Shown piece by piece: positions 1 to 10,236 of a DNA stretch of 64,000 bases. A program made the translations under genes and the position numbers. The stretch is from an uncultured Actinomycetota bacterium. Lineage in GTDB: Bacteria > Actinomycetota > UBA4738 > HRBIN12. Under the pieces are notes generated by a model. It ran no database searches. It was not told the origin of the DNA and was given only the letters and a program-made list of their open reading frames with translations. The stretch's first letter is position 1; each line of letters begins with the position of its first letter. Where the stretch lies: positions 218,171 through 282,170 of the forward strand of contig CAVPCM010000008.1 of assembly GCA_963702405.1 (NCBI GenBank), in the 5' to 3' direction.

Positions 1-1752
1 GCTCCTTCCCCGGCCGTCGGCGCGCTGGGCGCGCTCTCGTTCGTGGCGTTCGGGGACCCGTCCACCGTGCAGAAGGCCATCCTCCTCGCGGGACCCCCCT
101 TGGCGGCGATCCTGATGTACCGGGCGGCCGTCCGTCTGTCGGTGCGGCCCGGCCCGGCGGTCGTCGTCGGAGCGGCGTACGGGCTCGCTGCCCTGACGCT
201 GTGGTCGTTCTCCGAGGGACGGATCGGCCTTTCGATCGCGATCGCCGTGCTGCCGGCGGCCGCGGAGCGCGTGGAGACGGCGTTCGCCGGGGAAGAGCCT
301 CCCGGCGACCGGCAACGGTTCGTCGCGGGGACGGCGGTGACGCTCGCCGTCGGGATCGCCGCCTACCCGGGGTTCATCCTCGCGATCGCGACGCTCGTCG
401 TGGTGCGCGTGTGCCTCGGCCCGTCGCGCGTGCGGGGACTCCTCCTGATGTCGCTCGGCGCGATCGGAGCAGCCGTCCTGTTGTTCCCGTTCGTACCGAC
501 GTTGCTGACCGACGGGGGACGCGCGCTCGCCTCCCTCGTCGGCACGACCGAGCCGGATCGGCTCGCGCGACTGGCGATCGGGCCCGGGCCGGGCACCTGG
601 CCGATCGCGGCCTTCCTCCCGATCGGCGCCGCCTTGGGCCTCGGGCTCGTCCGCGGACCCTTGCGTGGCCCGGCCGCGCGCGCCGCCGTCGCGGCGGGCG
701 CCGGCCTGCTCCTCTCGTGGCTGGCGGCGGCGAACTACCTTCCTTCCCCGCTCTCGAACCCACCGGCGTACGCGGCGCTCGCGGCCGTGTCGATGGCCGG
801 TCTGATCGGGTTCGGGCTCACGTCCTTCACGGGCTCGCTCCGCCTCGAGGCGTTCGGACTCCGTCAGGTGAGCGGTGCCGTGCTCGCCGCGGTCCTCGGG
901 GTCGGCCTCCTCCTGCAATCGGTGGCGGTCATGGCCGGAACCTGGGGTGTGGGTTCGCCTCAGGAGCGGATCCCGCCGGCCTGGACGGTCGTGGGCGGCG
1001 CTGCCAACGGCCCGTTCCGCGTGTTGTGGCTGACGGGAGACGTCGGCGGCGGCCTTCCCCCTCCCGCCGGAGATCCGCAACGGCGCCTGGAAGCGGGTCC
1101 GGGCACGATCCGCTACGCGGTCACGGATAGGGAGGGTGCCAGCGTGCTGGACATCGGCCGGCCGTTCTCCGGCCCCGGGCCCGACAACCTGGAGCTCGCT
1201 CTCCGCGAGATCCTGGCCGGCACCTCGCGTCACGGCGGCGCCCTCCTCGCGCCCTTCGGCATCCGTTTCGTGGTGGCCGAGCAGGGAGCCCTTCCCGAAG
1301 CTGCCCACGACGCCTTCGATGCACAGGTCGACGTGAACCTCGTGCCGGCGTCGGGCTTCGTGATCTTCCGGAACTCGGTGGCGCTCCCACCCGCCGCGAG
1401 CCTCGCGACGGAGCCGGCCGACGTCGAGATCCTCGGCGCCGCCGACCCCTCCACGATCGCGATGTGGCGAAGCGTGCCCGCCACGGCGCTGGAGCGGGTT
1501 CCCGGTGGGTGGGACGGCGCCGGCGTCGACGGAACGGTGTTCCTCTCGACCGAGTACGACGCGGGATGGGAGCTGCAGGGAAGCGCTCGGGGACCCGAGG
1601 TCGCGTTCGGCTGGGCGACCAGCTTCCGTGCCGAGGGGGACCCGGTGCGGATCCGTCACGGTGGGTCGGTTCCCGCGAAGATCGAGGTCGCGCTGCTGGC
1701 GATCCTGTGGCTCGCCGCACTGTGGGCGACGAGGAAGCCCGTGGCTCGATGA
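1..1752 (+). CDS. Polytopic membrane protein, C-terminal part (5' end lies outside the window)
   Basis: Frame 1 is open from base 1 into the listed ORF at 43. Many Ala/Leu/Gly-rich hydrophobic segments are followed by a roughly 250-aa soluble domain and a terminal TM (ALLAILWLAALWA). ATGA stop/start overlap with the next gene. Family not recognised. Confidence 0.6.
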   Translation, partial: APSPAVGALGALSFVAFGDPSTVQKAILLAGPPLAAILMYRAAVRLSVRPGPAVVVGAAYGLAALTLWSFSEGRIGLSIAIAVLPAAAERVETAFAGEEPPGDRQRFVAGTAVTLAVGIAAYPGFILAIATLVVVRVCLGPSRVRGLLLMSLGAIGAAVLLFPFVPTLLTDGGRALASLVGTTEPDRLARLAIGPGPGTWPIAAFLPIGAALGLGLVRGPLRGPAARAAVAAGAGLLLSWLAAANYLPSPLSNPPAYAALAAVSMAGLIGFGLTSFTGSLRLEAFGLRQVSGAVLAAVLGVGLLLQSVAVMAGTWGVGSPQERIPPAWTVVGGAANGPFRVLWLTGDVGGGLPPPAGDPQRRLEAGPGTIRYAVTDREGASVLDIGRPFSGPGPDNLELALREILAGTSRHGGALLAPFGIRFVVAEQGALPEAAHDAFDAQVDVNLVPASGFVIFRNSVALPPAASLATEPADVEILGAADPSTIAMWRSVPATALERVPGGWDGAGVDGTVFLSTEYDAGWELQGSARGPEVAFGWATSFRAEGDPVRIRHGGSVPAKIEVALLAILWLAALWATRKPVAR

Positions 1753-3131
1753 GTGCCTCCCTCGAGGGCTCGGGGCGCGGACAAACGTTGTTCGCGCTCG
1801 CATCCGTGGCCTTCGTGGTCGTGGCACTCACGTGGCTCGACCGCGCCGGGCCCCGGGCCCCGACGCCATTGGCGGCCGGGGAGGCACCGTCGGGCGCCTG
1901 GATCTGTCCGCACGGCGGCGGGCCGGACCTGCCGGTCGCGTTGTTCTTGGCCAATCCGGGCGAGGTCGCGGCGACGGCCCGATTGACGCAGCTCGGTGCG
2001 GAGGCGGCCGCGCCCCCAGAGACCTACGGCGTGCCGGGGGGGACGACCCTGCGGGTGGACCTCGCGCCCGGTGCACGCGGCGATGCGACTTTCGTGGAGT
2101 TCTTCGGCGGCTGGATCGGCGCGGGATGGGTGTCGTTCACGGACGCGGGGGCCGCCGCGGAGCCGTGCGCAGCCGAGGCGTCGCAGCGGTGGTACCTCGC
2201 GGACGGATCCACCGAGCTCGGCGAGGAGTCGTACGTGGTCGTCGCCAACCCGTTCTCCGGGCCCGCCGTGATGGACGTGGTCCTCTATTCAGCGGACCAG
2301 CCGCCGGTCCGCCAGTCCGAATGGACCGACCTCGTCGTGCCGGCCGGGCGGAGCGTCGCCCTGCATCTCAACGAACAGATGAAAGGTGAGCCGGTGGTCG
2401 CGACGACGCTCGAGGTCTCGGTCGGGCGGGTCGCCGCCGCATCCCTCGTCGTGAGCGACCGCACGACGGTGCGCAGCGCGATCGGATGGACCGTACCCGC
2501 CACCGAAGCCTGGTTCCCGACGATGAAGGGGTCCGGCCAGAACGAGCTGATCCTCGTGTCCACGGCGTCGGCGTCGATCCGATTCGGCGCCACCTCACTG
2601 AGCGAGGGTGAGCCGCGGCCCGCGGGCGGGCTCACCGAACAGGAGCACGGTCCGACCGCGGCCCGCGCCTACGCCGTCCCCGAGGAAGCCGGGCCCACCG
2701 CGGTCCGGCTCTTCACGCTCGAGGGCGCTCTCGTCTCGGGAGCGCTGCGCGTGTTGGGACCGGGGACCGACGTCGGGTCCACGGGGGGCTCGGCCTCGGC
2801 GTCCGAGGCCTGGGTGCTCTTTCCGGCTTCGGCACGCATCCCGGCCGAGCCGGGCGCGCTGCTCGTGAACGACGGTGACGTCGCCGTGGCCGCCTCCATC
2901 GAGCTCCTCCCGGAGGAGGGGGGCACGCCGCCCTCCTCCGTCACGATCACCGTCCCCCCGCACGCGACGGCCGCCGTGCCGCCGGACCTATGGGCGACGG
3001 CCCCCGGCTCGGCCCTCGTGGTCCGCGCCGACGGACCCATCCTGGCGCTCTCCGCCGCAACCTCCCCGGGGTCTCGCGACTCCGAGGCATTCGCCCTCAG
3101 TATGGGAGTGCCGCTGCCGCTTCTGCCGTAG
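1749..3131 (+). CDS. Signal-anchored extracytoplasmic protein of unknown function (possibly DUF5719-like)
   Basis: Internal ATG at 1749 overlaps the upstream stop (ATGA). N-terminal anchor is LFALASVAFVVVALTWL; the rest is non-hydrophobic. The position after a large membrane protein and before envelope genes resembles actinobacterial DUF5719 contexts. The family call comes from memory only. Confidence 0.5.
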   Translation: MSASLEGSGRGQTLFALASVAFVVVALTWLDRAGPRAPTPLAAGEAPSGAWICPHGGGPDLPVALFLANPGEVAATARLTQLGAEAAAPPETYGVPGGTTLRVDLAPGARGDATFVEFFGGWIGAGWVSFTDAGAAAEPCAAEASQRWYLADGSTELGEESYVVVANPFSGPAVMDVVLYSADQPPVRQSEWTDLVVPAGRSVALHLNEQMKGEPVVATTLEVSVGRVAAASLVVSDRTTVRSAIGWTVPATEAWFPTMKGSGQNELILVSTASASIRFGATSLSEGEPRPAGGLTEQEHGPTAARAYAVPEEAGPTAVRLFTLEGALVSGALRVLGPGTDVGSTGGSASASEAWVLFPASARIPAEPGALLVNDGDVAVAASIELLPEEGGTPPSSVTITVPPHATAAVPPDLWATAPGSALVVRADGPILALSAATSPGSRDSEAFALSMGVPLPLLP

Positions 3132-3220
3132 TCCAGGCGCACCAGGGGGGAAGGGTTGTCTCCTGGCGTATCATCTTCGTTCCGGGTCCCGATCCCGGAA
3201 CGAAGAGCACGATCCTCCCC

Positions 3221-4357
3221 ATGGCCAAAGGACGTCACGAAGTGCGCGCGGCCAGGAAGCGATGGCCGCTGATCGTCGGTCTCGTCGCCGGCGTGCTCGT
3301 GCTCGCCCTGGGTGGGGCGGCCTACGCGACGTTCCGCTACGAGCAGGCGAACGCCGGGCGCATGCTCGCCGGAACCACCATCGGCGGCGTGAACGTCTCC
3401 GGGATGACCCGGGCGGAGGCGATCGCGGCCGTCCGCGCGCACGCCCGCGAGGACCTCAACCGAGAGATCGTAGTCGTCGTCCGGGGCGAACGCTTCACCG
3501 CGACGGCTCGGCAGTTGGGCCAGCGCCCGTGGGTCGGCCAGGCGGTCGACCAAGCGATGGATGCCGCCGAGCGGGTCGGTTGGGTCGAACGAGCCTGGCG
3601 ACGCTTCCGGAACGACCCCGTCGACCTCGACATCGAGCTCGGCATGGCCGGGGACCGTGGCGTGGCGGGATTCGTCCGGCGCACCGCGCGGCAGGTACGC
3701 GTCGATCCTCGGAACGCGTCGATCGGGATGGGAGAGGGCGGCGGCTTGTTCTTCCGGCACGCGAAGGCGGGCAGGGAGCTGGAGGTCCGTCGGGCGGAGC
3801 GGCTCCTCACCGAAGCGCTCGACGACGGATCGGCGACGGTCCGGCTGTCGGTGCGATCGGTGGCCCCGAAGTTCACCGAGGACACGATGCTGCCGACGGT
3901 CGTCGTGCACGTCGACACGAACCGTCTCGACCTCTACGAGGGGTTCGACGTGGCGCACAGCTGGGATGTCGCCACCGCGAAGCCGGGATGGACCACGCCG
4001 GTAGGCGAGTGGTCCCTGTATCAGAAGCGCGAGAACCCGACGTGGTACAACCCGGCGCTCGACAGCTGGGGCGCCGGTATGCCCGCCGTGATCCCCGGCG
4101 GACCCGGCAACCCGATGGGCACGCGGGCCCTGTACATCACCGCCCCCGGTCTCATCCGGATCCACGGGACAACCTCGCCCGATTCGATCGGTCGGTATGC
4201 GTCCCACGGCTGCATCCGGATGCACAACGAGCAGGTGGAAGAGCTCTACGACCTCGTTCCCGTGGGGGCGAAGGTCATCATCATGGGCTCAAGACCCTCG
4301 TGGGCATCCGAAGGGGACTTCCCCGACACGCCGGACGGCTCCGATACCGTCGCTTGA
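3221..4357 (+). CDS. L,D-transpeptidase (YkuD domain) with N-terminal membrane anchor
   Basis: Catalytic motif IRIHGTTSPDSIGRYASHGCIRMHNEQVEELY (H..SHGCIRM). N-terminal TM is WPLIVGLVAGVLVLALGGAAY. Start set at the ATG (MAKGRHEV) rather than the upstream ORF start. Confidence 0.85.
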   Translation: MAKGRHEVRAARKRWPLIVGLVAGVLVLALGGAAYATFRYEQANAGRMLAGTTIGGVNVSGMTRAEAIAAVRAHAREDLNREIVVVVRGERFTATARQLGQRPWVGQAVDQAMDAAERVGWVERAWRRFRNDPVDLDIELGMAGDRGVAGFVRRTARQVRVDPRNASIGMGEGGGLFFRHAKAGRELEVRRAERLLTEALDDGSATVRLSVRSVAPKFTEDTMLPTVVVHVDTNRLDLYEGFDVAHSWDVATAKPGWTTPVGEWSLYQKRENPTWYNPALDSWGAGMPAVIPGGPGNPMGTRALYITAPGLIRIHGTTSPDSIGRYASHGCIRMHNEQVEELYDLVPVGAKVIIMGSRPSWASEGDFPDTPDGSDTVA

Positions 4358-4652
4358 TCGGCGCTCGGCACGCTGTCTCCATGAGCACACGGGCCGGCCG
4401 GTTGGTGGACGACACGCGGTTCGCCGCTGCGTGAGCCCACCGGGCTGACTAGCTCTTTCGGGCTAGACGGATCGGCGTTCGGCATCCCACACGACCGCGC
4501 CTCGGGGGACCCGAGAATGACTCCCAGGTGTCTGCAGTTCGAAGGGGCTCCGCTGCTACCGTCCGTTGATCAGCTGGATCGGTTTCCCCCAACAGATCCC
4601 GAACGGGCCTCGCAGAGCCCCCGTACGGATCCCCGAACACGGAGCGTGGACG

Positions 4653-4832
4653 ATGCCACAGGCCAATACCTGCCCCGAGTGCAAGCAGGGCGATGTGATC
4701 GCGATCTCGATGAACGTGAGCGGCCGGGACCTCGCGTTCTCCACCTGCCACGCGTGTGAGGCGAAATGGTGGCATCGCGACGGCGAGCAGATCGTGCTCT
4801 CCGACGTGATCGAGACAGTCGTCCGGACCTAG
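4653..4832 (+). CDS. Small zinc-ribbon-like protein (CPEC...CHAC)
   Basis: 59-aa product MPQANTCPECKQGD...FSTCHACEAKWWH has two CxxC pairs. It lies directly upstream of manB. The start is the internal ATG at 4653; residues upstream in the ORF look non-coding. Confidence 0.5.
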   Translation: MPQANTCPECKQGDVIAISMNVSGRDLAFSTCHACEAKWWHRDGEQIVLSDVIETVVRT

Positions 4833-4861
4833 CCTGACGCCCGCCGCGCGCCGTCCGTAGG

Positions 4862-6265
4862 ATGGCGCCGGTGGACCTCTCCCGCATCTTCAAGGCGTAC
4901 GACGTTCGCGGCACGGTCCCCGATCAACTGAACGCCGACGTTGTCAGGCGCATCGGCGCGGCATTCGCCGACTGGAGCGGAGCGGACGAGATCCTCGTCG
5001 GGCGCGATTGCCGCCTCTCCTCCCCGGAGCTCGCCGCCGCCTTGATCGAGGGAGCCACGTCGCGCGGCGTCGACGTCGTCGATCTGGGACTGGCGTCGAC
5101 CGATCTCTTGTACTTCGCCTCCGGATCCCTCGATCGGCCGGGCGTGATGATCACCGCGAGCCACAATCCCAAGGACTACAACGGACTGAAGTTCTGTCTC
5201 GCGCGAGCGAAGCCGGTGGGAGAAGAGTCGGGCCTCGGCGAGATCCGGGCGCGCACCGAGAAGGGTGACGACATCCTGGGGACGGGCAACGGCTCGATCC
5301 GCCGACACGACGTCCTGGGCGCCTACGTCGATCACGTGCTCTCGTTCACGGACGTCGATCGGATGCGCCCGCTGACGGTCGCGGTCGACACGGCCAACGG
5401 GATGGGCGGACTCGTCGTGCCGGCGGTGATGGAGCGGCTGCCCGTCACCCTGCATCACCTCTACGCGGAGCTCGACGGGACGTTCCCGAATCACCCCGCG
5501 GACCCGATCGATCCGGCGAACCAACGAGACCTGAAGCGAGCCGTCCTCGACCACGGTGCGGACGTGGGGATGGCGTTCGACGGCGACGCGGACCGCGTCT
5601 TCCTGGTGGACGAGCGGGCGGACGACGTCAGCGGATCGATCCTCACCGCGCTCGTGGCGGCGGCGATGCTGGACCGTGAACCGGGTGCGCAGGTGGTCCA
5701 TAACCTGATCTGTTCGTGGACGGTCCCCGAGGTGATCAAGGAGCACGGTGGTGTGCCGGTCCGAACCCGCGTCGGTCACTCCTTCATCAAGCAGGTGATG
5801 GCGGAGACGGGCGCGGTGTTCGGTGGCGAGCATTCGGGGCACTACTACTTCCGGGACAACTACGGCGCCGACTCCGGACTGATCGCGTCGGTGATCGCCC
5901 TCGGGGAGCTCTCGGACGCCTCGGTCCCGTTGTCGGGGCTCCTGGGGCAGTACCGGCGCTACGCGAGCTCCGGAGAGATCAATTCCCGCGTCGACGATCC
6001 GCTGGCGAGGATCGAGGACATCGCGCGGGCGCTTCGCGAAGGTCGCCAGGACCGCCTCGATGGGCTGACGGTAGAGTTCGACGATTGGTGGTGCAACGTC
6101 CGGCCGTCGAACACGGAGCCGCTGCTGCGGCTGAACGTGGAGGCCCGGACGGACGAGATCCTGACGGCCAGAGCGGCGGAGCTCCTCGCCCTGATCAGAG
6201 GAGCGGGAGACGCCGGAGGGAACGCTCCGGGAACCTCCGGAGAGGGACGAAAGGACGAGCCGTGA
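4862..6265 (+). CDS. manB: Phosphomannomutase/phosphoglucomutase
   Basis: Phosphoserine-loop signature TASHNPKDYNGLKF, Mg-binding FDGDADR and sugar-binding GEHSGH motifs. Typical length (467 aa). Confidence 0.9.
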   Translation: MAPVDLSRIFKAYDVRGTVPDQLNADVVRRIGAAFADWSGADEILVGRDCRLSSPELAAALIEGATSRGVDVVDLGLASTDLLYFASGSLDRPGVMITASHNPKDYNGLKFCLARAKPVGEESGLGEIRARTEKGDDILGTGNGSIRRHDVLGAYVDHVLSFTDVDRMRPLTVAVDTANGMGGLVVPAVMERLPVTLHHLYAELDGTFPNHPADPIDPANQRDLKRAVLDHGADVGMAFDGDADRVFLVDERADDVSGSILTALVAAAMLDREPGAQVVHNLICSWTVPEVIKEHGGVPVRTRVGHSFIKQVMAETGAVFGGEHSGHYYFRDNYGADSGLIASVIALGELSDASVPLSGLLGQYRRYASSGEINSRVDDPLARIEDIARALREGRQDRLDGLTVEFDDWWCNVRPSNTEPLLRLNVEARTDEILTARAAELLALIRGAGDAGGNAPGTSGEGRKDEP

Positions 6266-6444
6266 CACTCGACGCGGAGCTGTTGGAGATCCTCGTCTGC
6301 CCCAACGATCGGGGTGACATCGACTACCACGAGGACGAGCAGGTGATCGTGTGCCGCACGTGCGGCTACCGCTATCCGGTGCGCGACGGCATCCCGGTGA
6401 TGCTGATCGACGAGGCCGAGAAGCCAGGGGTCAAGAACGGATGA
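6262..6444 (+). CDS. Trm112 family small zinc-finger protein
   Basis: GTG at 6262 overlaps the manB stop (GTGA). Sequence LLEILVCPNDRGDIDYHEDEQVIVCRTCGYRYPVRDGIPVMLIDEA is a typical Trm112/UPF0434 pattern. Confidence 0.8.
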   Translation: MTLDAELLEILVCPNDRGDIDYHEDEQVIVCRTCGYRYPVRDGIPVMLIDEAEKPGVKNG

Positions 6445-7499
6445 CGATCGACCTGGACGACCTCGAGGCCGTTCGAGCTCACGATCCCGGGGGGATGCTG
6501 GCGGCCGCCGCCCAGCTCGCCTCCCACTGCCGTGAGGGCTATGCGAACGGCACGGATGCAGGTGCGCTCCCGGACCTCGTGGACGTACGCAACGTCGTGT
6601 ACTGCGGGATGGGCGGATCGGCGGTCGCCGGCGATGTGCTGCGATCTGTGTTCCGCGACAGGCTCGGCGTTCCGGTCGAGGTGAACCGATCGTCGGAGCT
6701 GCCCGAGCACGCAGGCCCGCATTCGCTCGTCGTCGCCTGCTCCTATTCGGGGAACACCTCCGAGACGCTCGCTGCGTTCCGGGAGGCGATGAAGCGCGGC
6801 TGTCGGTCGGTCGTGATCACGTCCGGTGGGGCGATCGCGGGCGAGGCGGCCGAGGCGGGTGTGCCGGTCGTCCGCGTGCCCGGCGGCATGCAGCCGCGTG
6901 CCGCGCTGGGGTGGCTCGGGTGCACGGCGCTCGGCGCGCTGGAGACCGCGGGGTTGCTGCCCCCGCTCGCCGAGGACATGGCCGAGGCTGCCGACGAGGT
7001 CCAGGCCCGGGCCGCGACGTGTGATGCGGGGGTACCGGTCGCGGGCAACCCGGCGAAGCTCCTGGCGGAGGAGATCGGCGAGCGCGTTCCCGTGATCTGG
7101 GGTGCGGAGGGCATCGGGGCCGTCGCGGCGGCCCGCTGGAAGACGCAGATGAACGAGAACGGCAAGGTGCCCGCCTGGTGGTCCTCGATGTCCGAGCTCG
7201 ACCACAACGAGGTGGTCGGGTGGACGCAGCCCTTCGGCCTGGCGCACGCGGTCGTCGCGCTCCGGCACGACGCCGAGGATCCGGAGATGGCCGCGCGCTT
7301 CCCGCTCTCGCTGCGGATCGCCGCGGAAGCGGGCGCCACCACCGCCGAGGTCCGAGCGACCGGACGGAGCGCCCTCGCCCGCCTGTTCTCGCTGATCTCC
7401 TTCGGCGACTTCGTGAGCGTCTACGTCGCGATCCGCCGGGGCATCGATCCGACGCCTGTCGACGTGATCACCCGACTGAAGGCCGCGCTCGTCTCGTGA
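6441..7499 (+). CDS. SIS-domain bifunctional phosphoglucose/phosphomannose isomerase family protein
   Basis: ATG at 6441 overlaps the Trm112 stop (ATGA). SIS motifs YCGMGGSAVAGD and ACSYSGNTSETL. Conserved actinobacterial position next to manB. Confidence 0.8.
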   Translation: MTIDLDDLEAVRAHDPGGMLAAAAQLASHCREGYANGTDAGALPDLVDVRNVVYCGMGGSAVAGDVLRSVFRDRLGVPVEVNRSSELPEHAGPHSLVVACSYSGNTSETLAAFREAMKRGCRSVVITSGGAIAGEAAEAGVPVVRVPGGMQPRAALGWLGCTALGALETAGLLPPLAEDMAEAADEVQARAATCDAGVPVAGNPAKLLAEEIGERVPVIWGAEGIGAVAAARWKTQMNENGKVPAWWSSMSELDHNEVVGWTQPFGLAHAVVALRHDAEDPEMAARFPLSLRIAAEAGATTAEVRATGRSALARLFSLISFGDFVSVYVAIRRGIDPTPVDVITRLKAALVS

Positions 7500-8341
7500 C
7501 GGCGGAACGCGTCCCGTCGCCCGGGGACGGGGTCGCGGAGCAGATCGTCGGCGCGATCCGTGAGCGGACCGATCTGCGACCGGTGGCCGGCGTGGTCCTC
7601 GGCTCCGGCCTGGGCGACTCGATCTCGGCCGCTTGGGAGCGCGCCGGATCGGGCGAACCGATCGAGATCGCGTACGCCGACCTCCCGGGGTTCCCGCCTC
7701 CGACGGTGCCCGGTCACGCGGGGACCCTGTGGTTGGGAACGATCGCTGGCCAGCCGATCGCGATCTTCCGCGGCCGGATCCACTTCTACGAAGGTCACCC
7801 GATGGCGCTGGCGTCGATCACGTCTCGGATCTCCCGCGGCCTCGGGGCACGGACGATGGTGCTGTCCGCGGCGGTCGGCGGTCTCGATCCGTCGCTGCCC
7901 GCGGCCTCCTTGGTCGTCGTCCGCGATCACCTCAACCTGATGGGGACCAATCCGCTCACCGGCTGGCGGTACGAGGACGGCTCGCCGGCGTTCGTCGACG
8001 TCTCTGGCGTCTACGACCCAGAGCTCGCGGACGCCGCTCTCGGCCTACTCCGGGACCACGGCATCGCGGTGGCGGACGGCGTCTACGCCGCGGTGGCGGG
8101 TCCCGCGTACGAGACCCCCGCCGAGACGGAGATGCTCCGCCGTATGGGGGCGACGGTCGTGGGGATGTCCACCGTGCCGGAGGCCGTCGCCGCCCGGGCG
8201 CTGGGCATGCGCGTCCTCGGGCTAAGCTTCGTCACGAACGCCGCGGGCGGCGCCGTCTCCCACGAGGAGGTGCTGCTCGCGTCGAAGACGGCGGCGGAGG
8301 CGATCGGCCTTGTGGTGGCCGAGCTCGCCGACACCTTCTGA
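7496..8341 (+). CDS. punA: Purine nucleoside phosphorylase (trimeric PNP family)
   Basis: GTG at 7496 overlaps the upstream stop. Motifs [24 protein letters not shown] and VGMSTVPE. Confidence 0.85.
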   Translation: MTAERVPSPGDGVAEQIVGAIRERTDLRPVAGVVLGSGLGDSISAAWERAGSGEPIEIAYADLPGFPPPTVPGHAGTLWLGTIAGQPIAIFRGRIHFYEGHPMALASITSRISRGLGARTMVLSAAVGGLDPSLPAASLVVVRDHLNLMGTNPLTGWRYEDGSPAFVDVSGVYDPELADAALGLLRDHGIAVADGVYAAVAGPAYETPAETEMLRRMGATVVGMSTVPEAVAARALGMRVLGLSFVTNAAGGAVSHEEVLLASKTAAEAIGLVVAELADTF

Positions 8342-8354
8342 CGGAGAGGATCCA

Positions 8355-9614
8355 GTGGGACACGACATCAGGGACAGCGGGCTCGCGGAGTCCGGGCGCG
8401 GCAGGATCGATTGGGCTGCGGGCGAGATGCCAGTGATCGCCCAGATCAGGGAGCGGTTCGACAAGGAGAAGCCGTTGCAGGGCGTGCGGGTCGCCGCCTG
8501 CCTGCACGTCACCACGGAGACGGCGAACCTGATGGAGACGCTCGCGGCGGGTGGCGCCGAGGTGGCGCTCTGCGCCTCCAACCCGCTGTCGACCCAGGAC
8601 GACGTGGCCGCATCTCTCGTCGAGCAGAGCGGCATCGATGTCTACGCGATCAAGGGCGAGGACACCGACATGTTCTTCAAGCACATCAACGCGTGCCTGG
8701 ACCTCAAGCCGCACGTCACGATGGATGACGGCGCGGACATGGTGAGCGTGCTCCACAAGCAGCGCGTGGACCAGATCGACGAGATCATGGGCGGGACGGA
8801 GGAGACGACCACGGGCGTGATCCGTCTCCGCGCGATGGCGTCCGACCGCGCGCTCCGCTACCCGATCGTGAGCGTGAACGACGCGAACACGAAACACCTG
8901 TTCGACAACCGCTTCGGGACCGGCCAGTCCACCATCGACGCGATCATGCGAGCGACGAACCGCCTGCTGGCCGGCCGCGCCGTGGTGGTGTGCGGGTACG
9001 GGATGTGCGGGCGCGGCGTGGCGTCGCGCGCTCGAGGGATGGGCGCGCACGTGATCGTCGTCGAGGTCGACCCGACGGCCGCCCTCGAGGCCGTGATGGA
9101 GGGCTTCCGCGTCATGCCGTTGCTCGAGGCGGCTCGGGTGGGCGACGTGTTCGTTACGGTGACAGGCGACAAGGGTGTGATCCGCAGCGAGCACATGGAG
9201 CGGATGAAGGACGGCGCGATCCTCGCGAACTCGGGGCACTTCGACGTGGAGATCGACAAGGCCGCTCTGGCCGCGCTCTCGGAAGGGCGGGTGCGGCGGA
9301 TCCGCGAGTTCGTCGACGAGCACACATTGGCGGACGGCCGTCGGCTCAACCTCCTGGGCGAGGGCAGGCTCGTGAACCTCGCTGCCGCGGAGGGCCACCC
9401 CGCCGCGGTGATGGACATGTCGTTCGCGAACCAGGCTCTCTGCGTGGAGTGGCTCGTGAAGAACTACGGCGGGCTGGAGGCCAAGGTGTACCCGGTCCCG
9501 ACGGACATCGACGAGGAGGTCGCGAGGCTCAAGCTCCGAGGGATGGGTGTGGACATCGACACCCTCACCGCCGAGCAGGAGACGTACCTCCGCAGTTGGG
9601 AAGAGGGAACGTAG
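8355..9614 (+). CDS. ahcY: Adenosylhomocysteinase
   Basis: Conserved blocks throughout: [55 protein letters not shown]-binding GYGMCGRG and [17 protein letters not shown]. Start taken as GTG 8355. Confidence 0.95.
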   Translation: MGHDIRDSGLAESGRGRIDWAAGEMPVIAQIRERFDKEKPLQGVRVAACLHVTTETANLMETLAAGGAEVALCASNPLSTQDDVAASLVEQSGIDVYAIKGEDTDMFFKHINACLDLKPHVTMDDGADMVSVLHKQRVDQIDEIMGGTEETTTGVIRLRAMASDRALRYPIVSVNDANTKHLFDNRFGTGQSTIDAIMRATNRLLAGRAVVVCGYGMCGRGVASRARGMGAHVIVVEVDPTAALEAVMEGFRVMPLLEAARVGDVFVTVTGDKGVIRSEHMERMKDGAILANSGHFDVEIDKAALAALSEGRVRRIREFVDEHTLADGRRLNLLGEGRLVNLAAAEGHPAAVMDMSFANQALCVEWLVKNYGGLEAKVYPVPTDIDEEVARLKLRGMGVDIDTLTAEQETYLRSWEEGT

Positions 9615-10234
9615 CCCTGGAGGCCGTCCGGATCCGCGCGCATTTCGAGCGCTTCCCCGCCTCGCTCAAGGGATCGCTCGTGATGCGGGGCGCCGACGGG
9701 AACCCCCATCAGGTCCGGCTCGACGATGCCCGGGCCGTGGAGCTGGCGGGGCGCGGCCCCGTGTCGATGGGCATGTCCGCGGCGACGCTCGAGGTCGCGC
9801 CGAACCGCGATCTGTTCGTTCCGTTCGAGTTCCCGGTCGTCGAACTCGCGCCCGGCTGGTACGCGATCGAATGCGCCGTGGCGATCGACGGCGCGCCGGA
9901 GACCGTCCGTCCCGGCGCGCGCTTCGCCGTGCCGTGGCCGCGAGGCGCGACACGGAGGGACCAGGTCCCCGTCGGGAGGTCGATCGAGACCGGGGCGGGC
10001 ACGGTGCGGATCGACGAGCTCGGGTGCAAGAGCGATTCCATGGAACTCCGGTACGGAGGGGCGGAGACGTCGTTCACCCTGGCGGCGGACGGGGCCCGGC
10101 TGCCGGTGTTGGAGACGGCGTTCGACAGCGGGTCGGAGGTCGGGTCCGTCGTCGCCTACCCCGTGCTGAAGACCCAGTCGGTCGTCAGGATCTCCGTCAG
10201 GGACGCCGACCCGATCGAGGTCCCGCTGCCCTGA
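9596..10234 (+). CDS. Hypothetical protein (start uncertain)
   Basis: High third-position GC continues from the ahcY stop to 10234, and the stop lies 3 nt before comF. No ATG until 9683; candidate starts are TTG 9596, CTG 9617, GTG 9680 and ATG 9683. No family recognised. Confidence 0.45.
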   Translation: MGRGNVALEAVRIRAHFERFPASLKGSLVMRGADGNPHQVRLDDARAVELAGRGPVSMGMSAATLEVAPNRDLFVPFEFPVVELAPGWYAIECAVAIDGAPETVRPGARFAVPWPRGATRRDQVPVGRSIETGAGTVRIDELGCKSDSMELRYGGAETSFTLAADGARLPVLETAFDSGSEVGSVVAYPVLKTQSVVRISVRDADPIEVPLP

Positions 10235-10236
10235 GC

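Noticed and set aside
8342-8354. SAH riboswitch upstream of ahcY
   Set aside because: Only 13 nt separate the PNP stop from the ahcY start, which leaves no room for an aptamer.
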